Source of the DNA: Myxococcota bacterium
Lineage (GTDB): Bacteria > Myxococcota_A > UBA9042 > PHBI01 > JAWLBL01
NCBI GenBank assembly: GCA_041687695.1
Contig: JAWLBL010000002.1
Span: 294,761-358,760 of the forward strand
Direction: 5' to 3'
DNA length: 64,000 nt
Part shown: positions 9,511 through 22,391 of the stretch, piece after piece
Layout: every line of letters begins with the position of its first letter
How positions within the stretch are numbered: the first letter of the stretch is position 1
Position numbers and translations under genes: made by a program
The notes under the pieces: model-generated
The model's input: the letters and a program-made list of their open reading frames with translations, nothing else
Told to the model about the DNA's origin: nothing
Databases searched by the model: none

Positions 9511-9599
9511 TCGGACGCATGGGCGGCTGGCTTGACGCCAGGGTCGCTTCAGGGGTGGGATGCCGGCGGAGCGGACCCCCGCAGACTTCGGAGCGAGCC

Positions 9600-10301
9600 A
9601 TGTCCACGACGCCACAGATCTCCAAGGCCTTCGACACGGCGCATGCCGAGGTCTACGACCGGCAGTTCGAAGCGATCCGCGCGGTGAAGGACGCGCTGCA
9701 TCTGCTGCTGCGCGTGCAGCTGTCTGCGCTGCCGGCCGAGGCGAGGATCCTGGTGGCGGGGGCGGGGACGGGGGCCGAGGTGCGGTTCCTGGCGCCGCTG
9801 TTTCCCGGGTGGAGGTTCACGCTGGTCGATCCGGCCGCGGCCATGCTGGAGGTGGCGCGGAGGCACGCCGAGGCCGAAGGGTTCGCCGAGCGGTGCGAGT
9901 TCCACGTCGGGTTCGTCTCGTCGCTGGACGAGGCCGGCTTCGACGCGGCCAGCAGCGTGCTGGTGTCGCAGTTCCTGGCCGACCCGGCGCAGCGGCTGGC
10001 GTACTTCCAGGACATCGCCGCTCGACTGAGGCCCGGGGGGCTGCTGTTCAACGCCGATCTGGCGGCCGACCGGGACGATCCCGGGTTCGGGGTGGCGATG
10101 GAGCTGTGGCTCGGGCTGCTCGGGCTGTCCGGGATGATGACCGAGGAGAGGAAGCCGCAGTATCGCGCGATGTTCGGCCGCGACGTGGCCGCGCAGGGGC
10201 CCGCCGAGGTCGAGGCCCTCATCCGCGAGGCCGGCTTCACCGCGCCGGTCGCCTGCTACCAGGCCGGGCTCATCCACGGCTGGGTGGCGAGCCGGGCCTA
10301 G
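9600..10301 (+). CDS. Class I SAM-dependent methyltransferase
   Basis: ILVAGAGTGAE motif I, LVDP..AML, RLRPGG. Confidence 0.88.
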   Translation: MSTTPQISKAFDTAHAEVYDRQFEAIRAVKDALHLLLRVQLSALPAEARILVAGAGTGAEVRFLAPLFPGWRFTLVDPAAAMLEVARRHAEAEGFAERCEFHVGFVSSLDEAGFDAASSVLVSQFLADPAQRLAYFQDIAARLRPGGLLFNADLAADRDDPGFGVAMELWLGLLGLSGMMTEERKPQYRAMFGRDVAAQGPAEVEALIREAGFTAPVACYQAGLIHGWVASRA

Positions 10302-10317
10302 CGGGGCGGGGGTCGGG

Positions 10318-11766
10318 TCAGTCGCCCTCGCCGGGCTTGGGGTCGGGGTGGAGCTGGCGCGAGGCGGTCGCGACGGCGTTGGCGCCGCCCAGGGGCAGGC
10401 CGCCGCCGGGGGCGGGGGGGCCGTCCTCGGGGCCGCCGGGCGGGGTGTCGAGGGGCTCGTGCTGCTCGACCATCACGTCGATGGTGACGCGCAGGCGGAT
10501 GATGAGCCACAGGCCGGGCAGGGCGAGCAGGGTCGTGATGAAGAAGAACCACGACCAGCCGACGCCCTCGACGACGAAGCCCGAGAAGGGGCCGAAGAGC
10601 ATGAGGCCGATGCGGGTGACCGACGAGAGCAGGGCGTACTGGGTCGCCGTGTAGCGGTGGTCGCACAGGGCCATCAGCAGGGCGACCGAGGCCGCGGTGC
10701 CCATGCCGCCGGCGAGGTTCTCGAGGGTGATGGTGGCGACCAGCAGGTCGTAGTGCTCGGCGGCGAAGGCCTGCCCGACGGAGGCCCAGAGCCACGGGGG
10801 CATGTCTTCGAAGGTCAGCGGGTAGGTCGAGGCCGCCTCGGCGAGCAGCAGGAAGGCGAGGTTGGTCAGCGCCTGCAGGACGCCGAAGATGAGCAGGGCC
10901 CGAAAGAGCGAGATGCGGGCCATGATGAGGCCGCCGAGGAAGGCGCCGCCGAGGTTGGCGGCGAGGCCGACGCCCTTGTTGACGACGCCGACGGTGGTCG
11001 GAGAGAAGCCGACCTCCTGCATCAGGAAGGGGATGGTCAGCACGCCCGCGAAGGCGTCGCCGAGGCGATAGAAGATGATGAGCAGCAGGAAGAGGATGGC
11101 GCCCTTCCGGCTGAAGTACTCGCGCAGGGGCTCCCAGACGGCGGCGCCGAGGGACTTGGGGGCCTTGGCCGGGACCTCGGGCTCGGGGGAGAGCAGGGTC
11201 GTGAGCAGGCCGATGCCCATCGCGCCGGCCATGACGAGGTAGGCGCCGCGGAAGCCCAGCCAGTCCGCGAAGATGAGGGCCAGGCCGCCCGAGGTGAGCA
11301 TGCCGACGCGGTAGCCGGCGACCGACAGCGCCGCGCCGGTGCCGCGCTCGGCGGCGCGCAGGACGTCGGTCCGGTAGGCGTCGAAGGCGATGTCCTGCGA
11401 GGCCGACAGGAAGGCGATGACGGTCGCGATGATGGCGATGACCGCCGGGTCGCCGGTGGGGTCGCCGAAGGCCATGGCCGCGATGGCCAGGACCAGGGCC
11501 GCCTGGGTCAGCAGCATCCAGCCCCGCCGGCGCCCCAGGATGGGCGGCACGAAGCGGTCCATCAGGGGCGACCAGAGGAACTTCCAGGTGTACGGCATCA
11601 TGACCAGCGAGAAGATGCCGATGGTCTTGATGTCGACGCCTTCGGTGCTGAGCCAGGCCTGCAGCAGGGCGCCCGAGAGGGCGAGCGGCAGACCGGACGC
11701 GAACCCGAGGAAGAGCATGACCGCCAGGCGGCGGTTCAGCAGGGCGCGGAGGGTTCCTGAGGGCAC
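10318..11766 (-). CDS. ampG: AmpG family muropeptide MFS permease
   Basis: LGFASGLP, PYTWKFLWSP..D, GRRRGW, SASQDIAFDAY, ATQYALLSS; multiple TM segments. Confidence 0.92.
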   Translation of the reverse strand: MPSGTLRALLNRRLAVMLFLGFASGLPLALSGALLQAWLSTEGVDIKTIGIFSLVMMPYTWKFLWSPLMDRFVPPILGRRRGWMLLTQAALVLAIAAMAFGDPTGDPAVIAIIATVIAFLSASQDIAFDAYRTDVLRAAERGTGAALSVAGYRVGMLTSGGLALIFADWLGFRGAYLVMAGAMGIGLLTTLLSPEPEVPAKAPKSLGAAVWEPLREYFSRKGAILFLLLIIFYRLGDAFAGVLTIPFLMQEVGFSPTTVGVVNKGVGLAANLGGAFLGGLIMARISLFRALLIFGVLQALTNLAFLLLAEAASTYPLTFEDMPPWLWASVGQAFAAEHYDLLVATITLENLAGGMGTAASVALLMALCDHRYTATQYALLSSVTRIGLMLFGPFSGFVVEGVGWSWFFFITTLLALPGLWLIIRLRVTIDVMVEQHEPLDTPPGGPEDGPPAPGGGLPLGGANAVATASRQLHPDPKPGEGD

Positions 11767-11866
11767 GGCCGATCTCGGGGAAGCCGTTGGAGGGGCGGGC
11801 GGCGGCGGGGCGCGTGGGCAGAGGGGATCGTATCGCAGCGCAGGAGGCGCCGCCATTTCGCGGCCG

Positions 11867-12667
11867 TCAGGGAGGGGGGGCGTCGTCGCGGGGGAACGGG
11901 GCGGCGCCGGCGGCGAGGCGCGCGAAGAAGGCGCGGGTGGCCGGGAAGAGGGGGCGCAGGGCGAGGGCCTCGGTCGGGGTGCACCAGACGGCGGCGTCGA
12001 CCTCGGCGGGATCGAGGGTGGGCGGGGTGTCGTCCGGGTCGACGAGCGCGGCGTCGAACCAGGTGAGGGCGTAGTCGCCGTCCGCGGTGGTGCCGCGGCC
12101 GAGCTCGCGGCCGATTCGGACGCGCAGGCCGACCTCTTCGCGGACCTCGCGGGCGGCGGCGGCGGCGAGCGACTCTCCGGCCATGGGGCGTCCGGTGATC
12201 GGGGCCCAGAAGCCGCCGCCGGGGCGGGGCGCGGCGCGGCGGATCAGCAGGTAGCGGCCGTCGGCGCGGCGCACGACGGCGAGGGCGGCCTGGGCGCGGG
12301 GGGGAGCGCGCGGGACGTCGGGGGCGCCGGGGCGGGCGAGGCCGCTCAGGAGGAGGGTGACGAGCGTGGCCGGGGCGAGCGGGGGGGCGGGCCCGGAGGC
12401 GGTGAGGGTCGCGAGGCCGTGCAGGGCGCTCCAGAGGGTGAGGGCGAGCGGGCGCGGGTCGCCGGCGCGCAGGTGGCCGTCGGTCTGGCCGTGGGCGACC
12501 AGCTCGAGGAAGACGGGCCGCAGGGCGTCGCGGTCGGACGTGAGCGCCTCGGCGTCGGCGAGGTAGGCGTCGGCGGCGGCCTGGAGGCGGTCCTCGAAGC
12601 CGGTGGGGCGGTCGACGATGGCCTGCAGGCGGTCGACGAGGGGCGGACGTGGGGCGGCGCTCGGCAC
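11867..12667 (-). CDS. NUDIX hydrolase fused to an N-terminal TetR-C (WHG-like) domain
   Basis: Complete Nudix box G-RPMAG-E-SLAAAAA-RE-V-R-EE-V-G-L; upstream GHLRAGDP..LALTLWSALHGLATL; no HTH. Confidence 0.8.
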   Translation of the reverse strand: MPSAAPRPPLVDRLQAIVDRPTGFEDRLQAAADAYLADAEALTSDRDALRPVFLELVAHGQTDGHLRAGDPRPLALTLWSALHGLATLTASGPAPPLAPATLVTLLLSGLARPGAPDVPRAPPRAQAALAVVRRADGRYLLIRRAAPRPGGGFWAPITGRPMAGESLAAAAAREVREEVGLRVRIGRELGRGTTADGDYALTWFDAALVDPDDTPPTLDPAEVDAAVWCTPTEALALRPLFPATRAFFARLAAGAAPFPRDDAPPP

Positions 12668-12944
12668 GGGAGGGCAGGGTAACACGGGGCGCGGCGGGAG
12701 ACCGGCGGCGGGTGGCCGGGGGCGGTGGCCGAGGCCGGTGCGGGCCCGTGAGCCGTGGTCGTCGTCGGGGCGCAGCGACTGGACTGCACGAGCTGGTTCG
12801 TGCTCGTGGGTCGCGCAGCTTGCTGCGCGTTGGGTCGAGCGCTGACCGAGTAGGTCTGGTGGCCGGAGGGGACCCCTTTGCGCATCCGGGCGGGTTGGGC
12901 TAGGTTGCGGGGCTCGAAGGCATCACCCACACAGGAGGATTACG

Positions 12945-13451
12945 ATGCGTTTGCTGCTTACCCTCGCCATCGCCATGGTCCTGGCCACCGGCTGCGCCAA
13001 AAAAGACGGCGAAGGCGCCGCGGGCGGCGAGGCCGCGCAGGTCGACACGAGCACGCCCGAGGGGCTGGGCAAGGCGATCTTCGCCGAGTACAAGGCCGGC
13101 ACCGAGCAGATGATGGCGATCCTGAAGGACCACCCGGACGCTGCGACGGTCAAGCCGAAGGTCGAGGAGCTCGAGAAGAAGACCATCGAGAAGATGGTCG
13201 AGCTCGGCAAGAAGCGCCAGGCCCTGCCGGAGGGCGACCGCGGCAAGGTCGACATGACGCTGTTCGACCAGATGGGCCAGCTGGACCCGAACTGGATGAG
13301 CGTCGCCAACGCCGCGTCGGCCCACTACGCGGGCACGGACGCGGATCTCGGCGCGAAGATCAGCGGCTTCAACGTCATCACCCAGTACGCCTCGTTCGAG
13401 CTGCTCAAGAAGCAGAAGCCCGAAGAGGCCAAGCGCCTGGGCATCGAGTAG
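12945..13451 (+). CDS. Hypothetical helical lipoprotein
   Basis: AGGAGG SD; lipobox ATGC; Lys/Glu-rich, biased codons. Confidence 0.8.
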   Translation: MRLLLTLAIAMVLATGCAKKDGEGAAGGEAAQVDTSTPEGLGKAIFAEYKAGTEQMMAILKDHPDAATVKPKVEELEKKTIEKMVELGKKRQALPEGDRGKVDMTLFDQMGQLDPNWMSVANAASAHYAGTDADLGAKISGFNVITQYASFELLKKQKPEEAKRLGIE

Positions 13452-13473
13452 CCGCGGACCAGGAGCCCCCGCG

Positions 13474-14700
13474 ATGAGCGCCACGGACGCACCGTCCGCG
13501 GACAGGTGGCACCGGCTCGACGCGCTCTGCGCGCGCGCCGAGCCGGCGGCCATCAAGGTGCGCCGCCACCTGCACCGCTACCCCGAGCTGAGCTGGCAGG
13601 AGACGCGCACCCAGGCCTTCCTCGAGGCCTGGCTGGCCGAGCGGGGCCTGACGCCGGTGCAGGTCGCCAAGACCGGCCTGTACGTCGACATCGGTGAGGG
13701 GGACGCACCGGTCGTCTACCGCGCCGACATCGACGCGCTGCCGGTGCAGGACGCCAAGCAGCCTGGCATGGCCGCCTGCATCAGCGAGGTGCCGGGGGTC
13801 TCGCACGCCTGCGGCCACGATCTGCACTCGGCCGTCGCCGCCGGCCTGGCCGACGTTCTTCAGTCCATGCGCGACGAGCTGCCCGGCCGCGTGCGGATCG
13901 TCTTCCAGCCGGCCGAAGAGACGCTGCCCTCGGGCGGCGAGGCCATCCTGAAGTCGGGCGCCCTCGACGGCCTCCGCGCCGCCTTGGCGCTGCACGCCGA
14001 CCCGACGCGCGACGCCGGCACGGTGGGGCTGTTCGTGGGGCCGCTGACCGCGACCGCCGACGCCTTCACCATCGAGGTCATGGGCCGGGCCGGCCACTCG
14101 GCGCGCCCGCACCTGGCCCGGGACGCGCTGCTGGCTGCGGCCGACGTCGTCCGGGCCCTGCACAGCATCGTCGGGCAGCGGGTCGACCCGCTCGAGACGG
14201 CGGTCCTCAACGTGGGCACCCTGACCGCCGGCGAGGCCCACAACGTCATCGCCGGCCGCGCTCGCCTGGCTGGCATCATCCGCACCCTGCAGCCCGACAT
14301 CCGCGAGCTGGTCCACCGCGAGCTGCGCGAGGTCGCCGAGGCCGCCGCCCGCGTCCACGGCTGCTCGGTCGACGTGCACCTGACCCTGGGCTCGCCGCCC
14401 ATCGTCAACGACGCGCGCCTGCACGAGGTGGTCCGCCGCGCCGCCGGCGACGTCGTCGGCGCCTCGGGCGCCCAGCTGATGAAGAAGCCCAGCACCGGCA
14501 GCGAGGACTTCGGCCAGTACGGCCGCCACGCCCCCGTCTACATGGTGCGCCTGGGCGTCCGCTCCCCGGGTGGGCCGACGTTGCACCTGCACACCCCGGG
14601 CTTCGACGTGGACGAGCGCGCCATCGGCGTCGCCATCCGGCTGATGGCGCGGTCGGTCATCGACGCGTTCGCGCACCTGGACGCGCCCGGCGGCGAGTAG
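13474..14700 (+). CDS. M20 family amidohydrolase (hippurate hydrolase/aminoacylase-like)
   Basis: RRHLHRYPELS, RADIDALP, HACGHD, FQPAEE, GHSA, SEDF. Confidence 0.93.
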   Translation: MSATDAPSADRWHRLDALCARAEPAAIKVRRHLHRYPELSWQETRTQAFLEAWLAERGLTPVQVAKTGLYVDIGEGDAPVVYRADIDALPVQDAKQPGMAACISEVPGVSHACGHDLHSAVAAGLADVLQSMRDELPGRVRIVFQPAEETLPSGGEAILKSGALDGLRAALALHADPTRDAGTVGLFVGPLTATADAFTIEVMGRAGHSARPHLARDALLAAADVVRALHSIVGQRVDPLETAVLNVGTLTAGEAHNVIAGRARLAGIIRTLQPDIRELVHRELREVAEAAARVHGCSVDVHLTLGSPPIVNDARLHEVVRRAAGDVVGASGAQLMKKPSTGSEDFGQYGRHAPVYMVRLGVRSPGGPTLHLHTPGFDVDERAIGVAIRLMARSVIDAFAHLDAPGGE

Positions 14701-17916
<3,216 letters not shown>

Positions 17917-18001
17917 CGGCCCCCTCCTCCCGTGAGTGCCGCGCATCATACAGGGATCGGGACCTCGCATGAAAGGGGGCGCGCTCCGACCGTGACACGG
18001 C

Positions 18002-18021
18002 GCGTCATCGCGGCGTCATCG
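18002..18021. promoter_or_regulatory. Direct repeat with 11-bp period (OmpR/PhoB-type box-like)
   Basis: GCGTCATCG at 18002 and 18013, in the intergenic region between divergent genes. Confidence 0.35.
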
Positions 18022-18188
18022 GCGATCACCGTCCGCCCGGGCCGTGGGGGGCCGTTCGCGCTTCGCTCCTTGCCGGCCGGCGGGCGAGCCGTTAGCGTGC
18101 CGACATCCCTCCTGGCTTTTTCCGAACGCCCCGCGAGACCGGCCCCCGCACCGGGTGGGCCCGTCGTCTCCAGCCCCGGAGCCGCCCC

Positions 18189-18533
18189 ATGCCCCGACCC
18201 CTCGGTCCGTCCGTCCGCGTCGTCGCCGCGGCGCTGAGCGCGTGCGCCCTGCTCGCCTGCCAGTCGCCCGCCGAGAAGACGGCCCAGATGTGCAATGACA
18301 TGAAGCAGGTGGTCGACGCCAACCGCGACGACTGCGAGAAGATGGCCACCGAGCTGCGCGCCTGGTTCGACAAGTACAAGGACGAGCGCGCCTTCGGCTC
18401 GCCCGACGCCGAGGAGATGGCCAAGGCGCAGCAGCCCTGCAACGAAGCGGCGACGACCCTGGCCGCGTCGTGCGCGGGCAATCAGAACGTCATGAACGTC
18501 CTCAAGGACATGCAGACGCACGCGCAGCAGTAG
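18189..18533 (+). CDS. Small Cys-containing lipoprotein
   Basis: Lipobox LLAC; helical Lys/Glu-rich body with four further Cys. Confidence 0.75.
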   Translation: MPRPLGPSVRVVAAALSACALLACQSPAEKTAQMCNDMKQVVDANRDDCEKMATELRAWFDKYKDERAFGSPDAEEMAKAQQPCNEAATTLAASCAGNQNVMNVLKDMQTHAQQ

Positions 18534-18556
18534 CCGCCCCACGACCCGGGGCCCGA

Positions 18557-18575
18557 GGCCGCGGCGCCCGCGGCC
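18557..18575. terminator. GC hairpin between convergent genes (possible terminator; no U-tract)
   Basis: GGCCGCGG-CGC-CCGCGGCC perfect 8-bp stem. Confidence 0.3.
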
Positions 18576-18588
18576 CCGCGCCGGCGGC

Positions 18589-19944
18589 TCACACGCGCTC
18601 GAGGACCGCCGCCGCGCCCAGCCCGCCGGCCGCGCAGATCCCCAGCAGGGCCGTCGCCTTGCCGGTCCGGTGCAGCTCGTTGGCCATCGTCGTCACCATC
18701 CGCGCGCCGGTGGCCCCGAAGGGGTGCCCCAGGGCGACCGAGCCCCCGTGCACGTTCAGGCGCGCCGGGTCGATCTCGCCCACGGCGCGATCGCGGCCCA
18801 GGCGCTCTCGCGCGAAGGCGTCGCTGGCCAGCATCTTGAGCACGCTCAGCACCTGCGCGGCGAAGGCCTCGTGCATGTCGACGAGATCGATGTCGGCCAG
18901 GGTCATCCCGGCGCGGTCGAGCGCCATGGGCATCGCGATGGCCGGCGCCATCAGCAGCTGGTCGGCGGGGTCCACGCCGGCGTAGGCCCAGCTGCGGAAC
19001 GCCGCGAGCGGCGTCAGCCCCAGCTCGCGCGCCTTGTCCTCGCTCATCAGCAGCACGGCCGCCGCGCCGTCGGTCAGCGGGCTGGAGTTGCCCGCCGTCA
19101 ACGTGCCGTCCTTGGCGAAGACCGGGCGCAGCTTCGCCAGTTTGTCGACGCTGGTCCCGCCGCGGACCAGCCCGTCGCCGTGCACCCAGCGGCCGCTGGG
19201 CGTGCGCACCGGCGTCACCTCGTCGGACAGCCGCCCCGATGCGATGGCCGCCGCCGCCCGGTGGTGCGAGCGGGCCGCGAACTCGTCCTGCTCGTGCCGC
19301 GTCACGCCGTTGCGCCGGGCCATGTGCTCGGCGGCCTCGCCCATCACCTGCCCCGTGGTGCGCTCGGCGATCTTGGGGCGCTTGGGCAGGATCTCGGTGA
19401 TCGGCATCAGCTGGCTGGCCACCTGGACGTAGTCGGCGAAGCCGGGCTTTTTGCCGAGCGCCAGCGGCGCCAGGGCGTGCACGACCTTCTGGGGCAGCTT
19501 GAGCTCGGCGTTGCTGGTCGAGTCGGCGCCCCCGGCGATGACGACGTCCGCCTCGCCGCGCTCGATGGCGGCGGCGGCCAGCGTCACGGCCTGCAGCCCC
19601 GAGGCGCAGGCGCGCGTGACGGTCATCGCCTCGACCGAGGGCGGCAGCTTCAGATCCAGCGCGATCTCGCGTCCGACGTTGGGCGCCGCGCTGGGCAGGA
19701 TGACGCCACCCCAGACGACGCTGTCGATGGCCTCGCGCGGGACGCCGGTGCGCTCGATGAGCGCCGTGACCGCCACGTCGCCCAGAGCGATGGCGTCCAG
19801 CTCCATCAGGTCCCCGAACGCCTTGACGAACGGCGTCCGGACGCCGCCGACGATCACCGCGCGGCGGCCTTGCGGGGCCGGCGCGGCCGGGGCCTTCTTG
19901 CTTTTGGAGGGGCTCGGGGTCTTCTTGCTGTCGCTCGCTGCCAT
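18589..19944 (-). CDS. Acetyl-CoA C-acyltransferase (FadI/FadA2-type thiolase)
   Basis: GVRTPF, RACASG nucleophile, GNSSPLTDGA, HEAF, GHPFGATG, CAAGG. Confidence 0.93.
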   Translation of the reverse strand: MAASDSKKTPSPSKSKKAPAAPAPQGRRAVIVGGVRTPFVKAFGDLMELDAIALGDVAVTALIERTGVPREAIDSVVWGGVILPSAAPNVGREIALDLKLPPSVEAMTVTRACASGLQAVTLAAAAIERGEADVVIAGGADSTSNAELKLPQKVVHALAPLALGKKPGFADYVQVASQLMPITEILPKRPKIAERTTGQVMGEAAEHMARRNGVTRHEQDEFAARSHHRAAAAIASGRLSDEVTPVRTPSGRWVHGDGLVRGGTSVDKLAKLRPVFAKDGTLTAGNSSPLTDGAAAVLLMSEDKARELGLTPLAAFRSWAYAGVDPADQLLMAPAIAMPMALDRAGMTLADIDLVDMHEAFAAQVLSVLKMLASDAFARERLGRDRAVGEIDPARLNVHGGSVALGHPFGATGARMVTTMANELHRTGKATALLGICAAGGLGAAAVLERV

Positions 19945-19952
19945 GTTGGGCC

Positions 19953-21389
19953 TCAGGCTCCGACCAGGTTGCCGCCGCACACGCGCAGGACGCCACCGGT
20001 CACTCCGATGGCCCCCGGCGTCGCGAGGAAGGTGATGACCTCGGCGACGTCGCGCGGGACGCCGCCCTGGGACAGGTTGTTCAGGCGCCGGGCGACCTCG
20101 CGCACGACGACCGGCATCGCGTCGGTCAGGCGCGTCTCGATGAAGCCGGGGGCGACCGCGTTGACGGTGATGCCGCGCGGCGCCAGGGTGGGGGCCAGCG
20201 CCCGCACGTAGCCGATGACGCCCGCCTTGGAGGCGGCGTAGTTGGTCTGCCCGAAGTTGCCGGCGATGCCCGCGATGGACGACAGGCAGATGATGCGTCC
20301 GCCGTCGCGCAGCACGCCGGCCGTCAGCCGCGAGGTGATGCGCGTGACGGCGGTCAGGTTCACCTCGACCGCCTGCTCCCACCAGTCGGGCTTCATGCGC
20401 GCCAGCGTCTTGTCGCGGGTGACGCCGGCGTTGTGCACGACGACGTCCAGCCCGCCGAAGTCGGCCTCGATGGCCTCGCACAGGGTGCGCGGCGCCTCGG
20501 GGTCGGTGACGTCGACGAGGTGCAGCGATCCGCCGATCTCCCGCGCGACGGCGCTGGCCGGGCCGTCGTCGGCCGGGCGGTCCAGGCAGATGACGTGCGC
20601 GCCCTCGGCGGCCATCAGGCGCGCCGTCTCGGCCCCGATGCCGCGGGCCGCGCCGGTGACCAGGGCCACCTTGCCGTCCAGCGGGCGCGTGCGCCGGTCG
20701 ACCAGCTCGCCCTGGGCCAGGGTGGTCACGCGCAGCGGCTGCCCCGAGACGAAGGCCGAGCGGGGCGACAGCAAGAAGCGCACGACCGGGCCGGCGCGGT
20801 CCTCGGCGCCGGGCTCGATCGTCACGAGCTGGGCCGTGGCGCCCCGCTTGCCGATCTCCTTGGCCGCGCTGCGCACGAAGCCGTCGAGGGCCGCGGCGGC
20901 GGCGGCGGCCTCGGCGTCGGCCTGCGCCTCGGGCGGGCGGCCGAGCACGACGATGCGGCCCGAGCGACCCAGCGCGCGCATCCACGGGTGGAAGAAATCG
21001 TAGACGGCGCGCAGGTCGCCCGGCGCGGTGAGGCCGGTGGCGTCGAAGACCAGCCCGTCGACGCGGGCGTGCTCGGGGATCTCACCGGGCTTCAGCGCGA
21101 CCGCGGGGCGGCCGTAGGCCTCGCCCGGGGCGCTGTAGTGGGTCGTGGCCGCCTCGTCGCCGACCACCCAGGGCGTCGCGCCGGCGGGCGCCAGGGTGCG
21201 GGCGAGGACCGGGTGCAGCGCCGCGCCCGGGGCCGCGCCGACGACGACGACGCGGTCGTGCAGCGGCCGGTCCTCCCAGGGGTGGGGGGCGCGGCGGAGC
21301 TTCTCGGGCAGCGGGATGGGCAGGCCGAGCGACTGGATGAGCTTGCGGGCCTGCGGGTTGGAGGCGATCTGGACGAGGTAGTCGCTCAT
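19953..21389 (-). CDS. High-molecular-weight FabG (FabG4-like) 3-oxoacyl reductase
   Basis: Extra N-terminal domain (VFDATG..YDFFHP) plus SDR core TGAARGIG, HNAG, YAASK; 478 aa. Confidence 0.92.
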   Translation of the reverse strand: MSDYLVQIASNPQARKLIQSLGLPIPLPEKLRRAPHPWEDRPLHDRVVVVGAAPGAALHPVLARTLAPAGATPWVVGDEAATTHYSAPGEAYGRPAVALKPGEIPEHARVDGLVFDATGLTAPGDLRAVYDFFHPWMRALGRSGRIVVLGRPPEAQADAEAAAAAAALDGFVRSAAKEIGKRGATAQLVTIEPGAEDRAGPVVRFLLSPRSAFVSGQPLRVTTLAQGELVDRRTRPLDGKVALVTGAARGIGAETARLMAAEGAHVICLDRPADDGPASAVAREIGGSLHLVDVTDPEAPRTLCEAIEADFGGLDVVVHNAGVTRDKTLARMKPDWWEQAVEVNLTAVTRITSRLTAGVLRDGGRIICLSSIAGIAGNFGQTNYAASKAGVIGYVRALAPTLAPRGITVNAVAPGFIETRLTDAMPVVVREVARRLNNLSQGGVPRDVAEVITFLATPGAIGVTGGVLRVCGGNLVGA

Positions 21390-21414
21390 GGGCGGATCTC
21401 CGGTCGGGGCGAGC

Positions 21415-22326
21415 TCAGGCGTCGCGGGTCTCGAAGCTGCCGGTGAGGTAGGCGGGGCCGGAGGGGGCGTCGCCGACGTAGACGCCCTGGGCGTCGTCGA
21501 CGTACAGGCCGACACGCGCCGGCAGGACCAGCGGGCGCGTGAACTTGCACTCGAAGACGCGCAAGGGGCGGACGTCGCCGGACCACAGGGTGCGGTTGAG
21601 GCCCTCGATGGCGCGGGCCATGGTGGCGAAGCCGTGCAGGATGGTGCTCTTGAAGCCCGAGGCGCGCGCGTAGGCCGGGATCCAGTGGACCGGGTTGAAG
21701 TCGCCGGTCAGCAGCGCGAAGTCGAGCCCCTCGCGGGCGCCGAGCTTCCAGTAGGCCAGCTCTCGGGCGCCGGCGGGCACGCGCGCGCGCGGGCGGGGCT
21801 TTCGGTCGGCCTTGGGCGCGTCCTTGCCGCCGCCGAGGGGGACGATGGCGTTGAGGTAGGCGACCAGGGCGTCGGGCGTGTCGGCGGTGCCGGTCACGAT
21901 GCGCTGGCGCAGGACGGCGCGGCGGCCGTTGTCGTCGATGTCCTCGAGGCGGGCGCTGACGTGCAGGGGCACGTCGGCGGGCAGCGGGGCGTTGATCTCG
22001 AGGCGGCAGCCGCCGTTGAGCATGCGGGCGAGCGGGTAGTGGACGCCGCGCAGGGTGCGCGCGGCGAGCGGGAAGCCCCACTGCGGGAACAGGTGCGGCG
22101 GCAGGACGCCCTTGTAGGCGCCGGGGTCGCCGCCGACCTTGCGGACGTAGTCGCGGACGAGGTCGCGCGGGCGCGGCGGGACGACCGCGGAGATCTCGGG
22201 CCCGGGGGTGAGGACGGGCCGGGGCGCGGCGTGGCCGAGGTGCTGCTTGAGCGCGAGGAGCGCGGTCTGGCCGAGGGCGGCGAGGACCGGCCCCTGCTGC
22301 AGGACGTGCTTGGTCGGGACGCCCAT
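21415..22326 (-). CDS. MaoC-like (HtdX-like) double hot-dog acyl dehydratase
   Basis: Hydratase-2 motif FALLTGDFNPVH..ILHG, FTRPLVLP. Confidence 0.88.
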   Translation of the reverse strand: MGVPTKHVLQQGPVLAALGQTALLALKQHLGHAAPRPVLTPGPEISAVVPPRPRDLVRDYVRKVGGDPGAYKGVLPPHLFPQWGFPLAARTLRGVHYPLARMLNGGCRLEINAPLPADVPLHVSARLEDIDDNGRRAVLRQRIVTGTADTPDALVAYLNAIVPLGGGKDAPKADRKPRPRARVPAGARELAYWKLGAREGLDFALLTGDFNPVHWIPAYARASGFKSTILHGFATMARAIEGLNRTLWSGDVRPLRVFECKFTRPLVLPARVGLYVDDAQGVYVGDAPSGPAYLTGSFETRDA

Positions 22327-22391
22327 GGCGGTCGACTCCTGGAGTGTGGGGTCTCGGGAGGCGCGGAGGATAGCCTAACGGGCGGCCGGCC

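Noticed and set aside
18589..20985. 798-aa thiolase fusion
   Set aside because: The N-terminal part is an alternate-frame read of the FabG4 gene; the thiolase starts at 19944.
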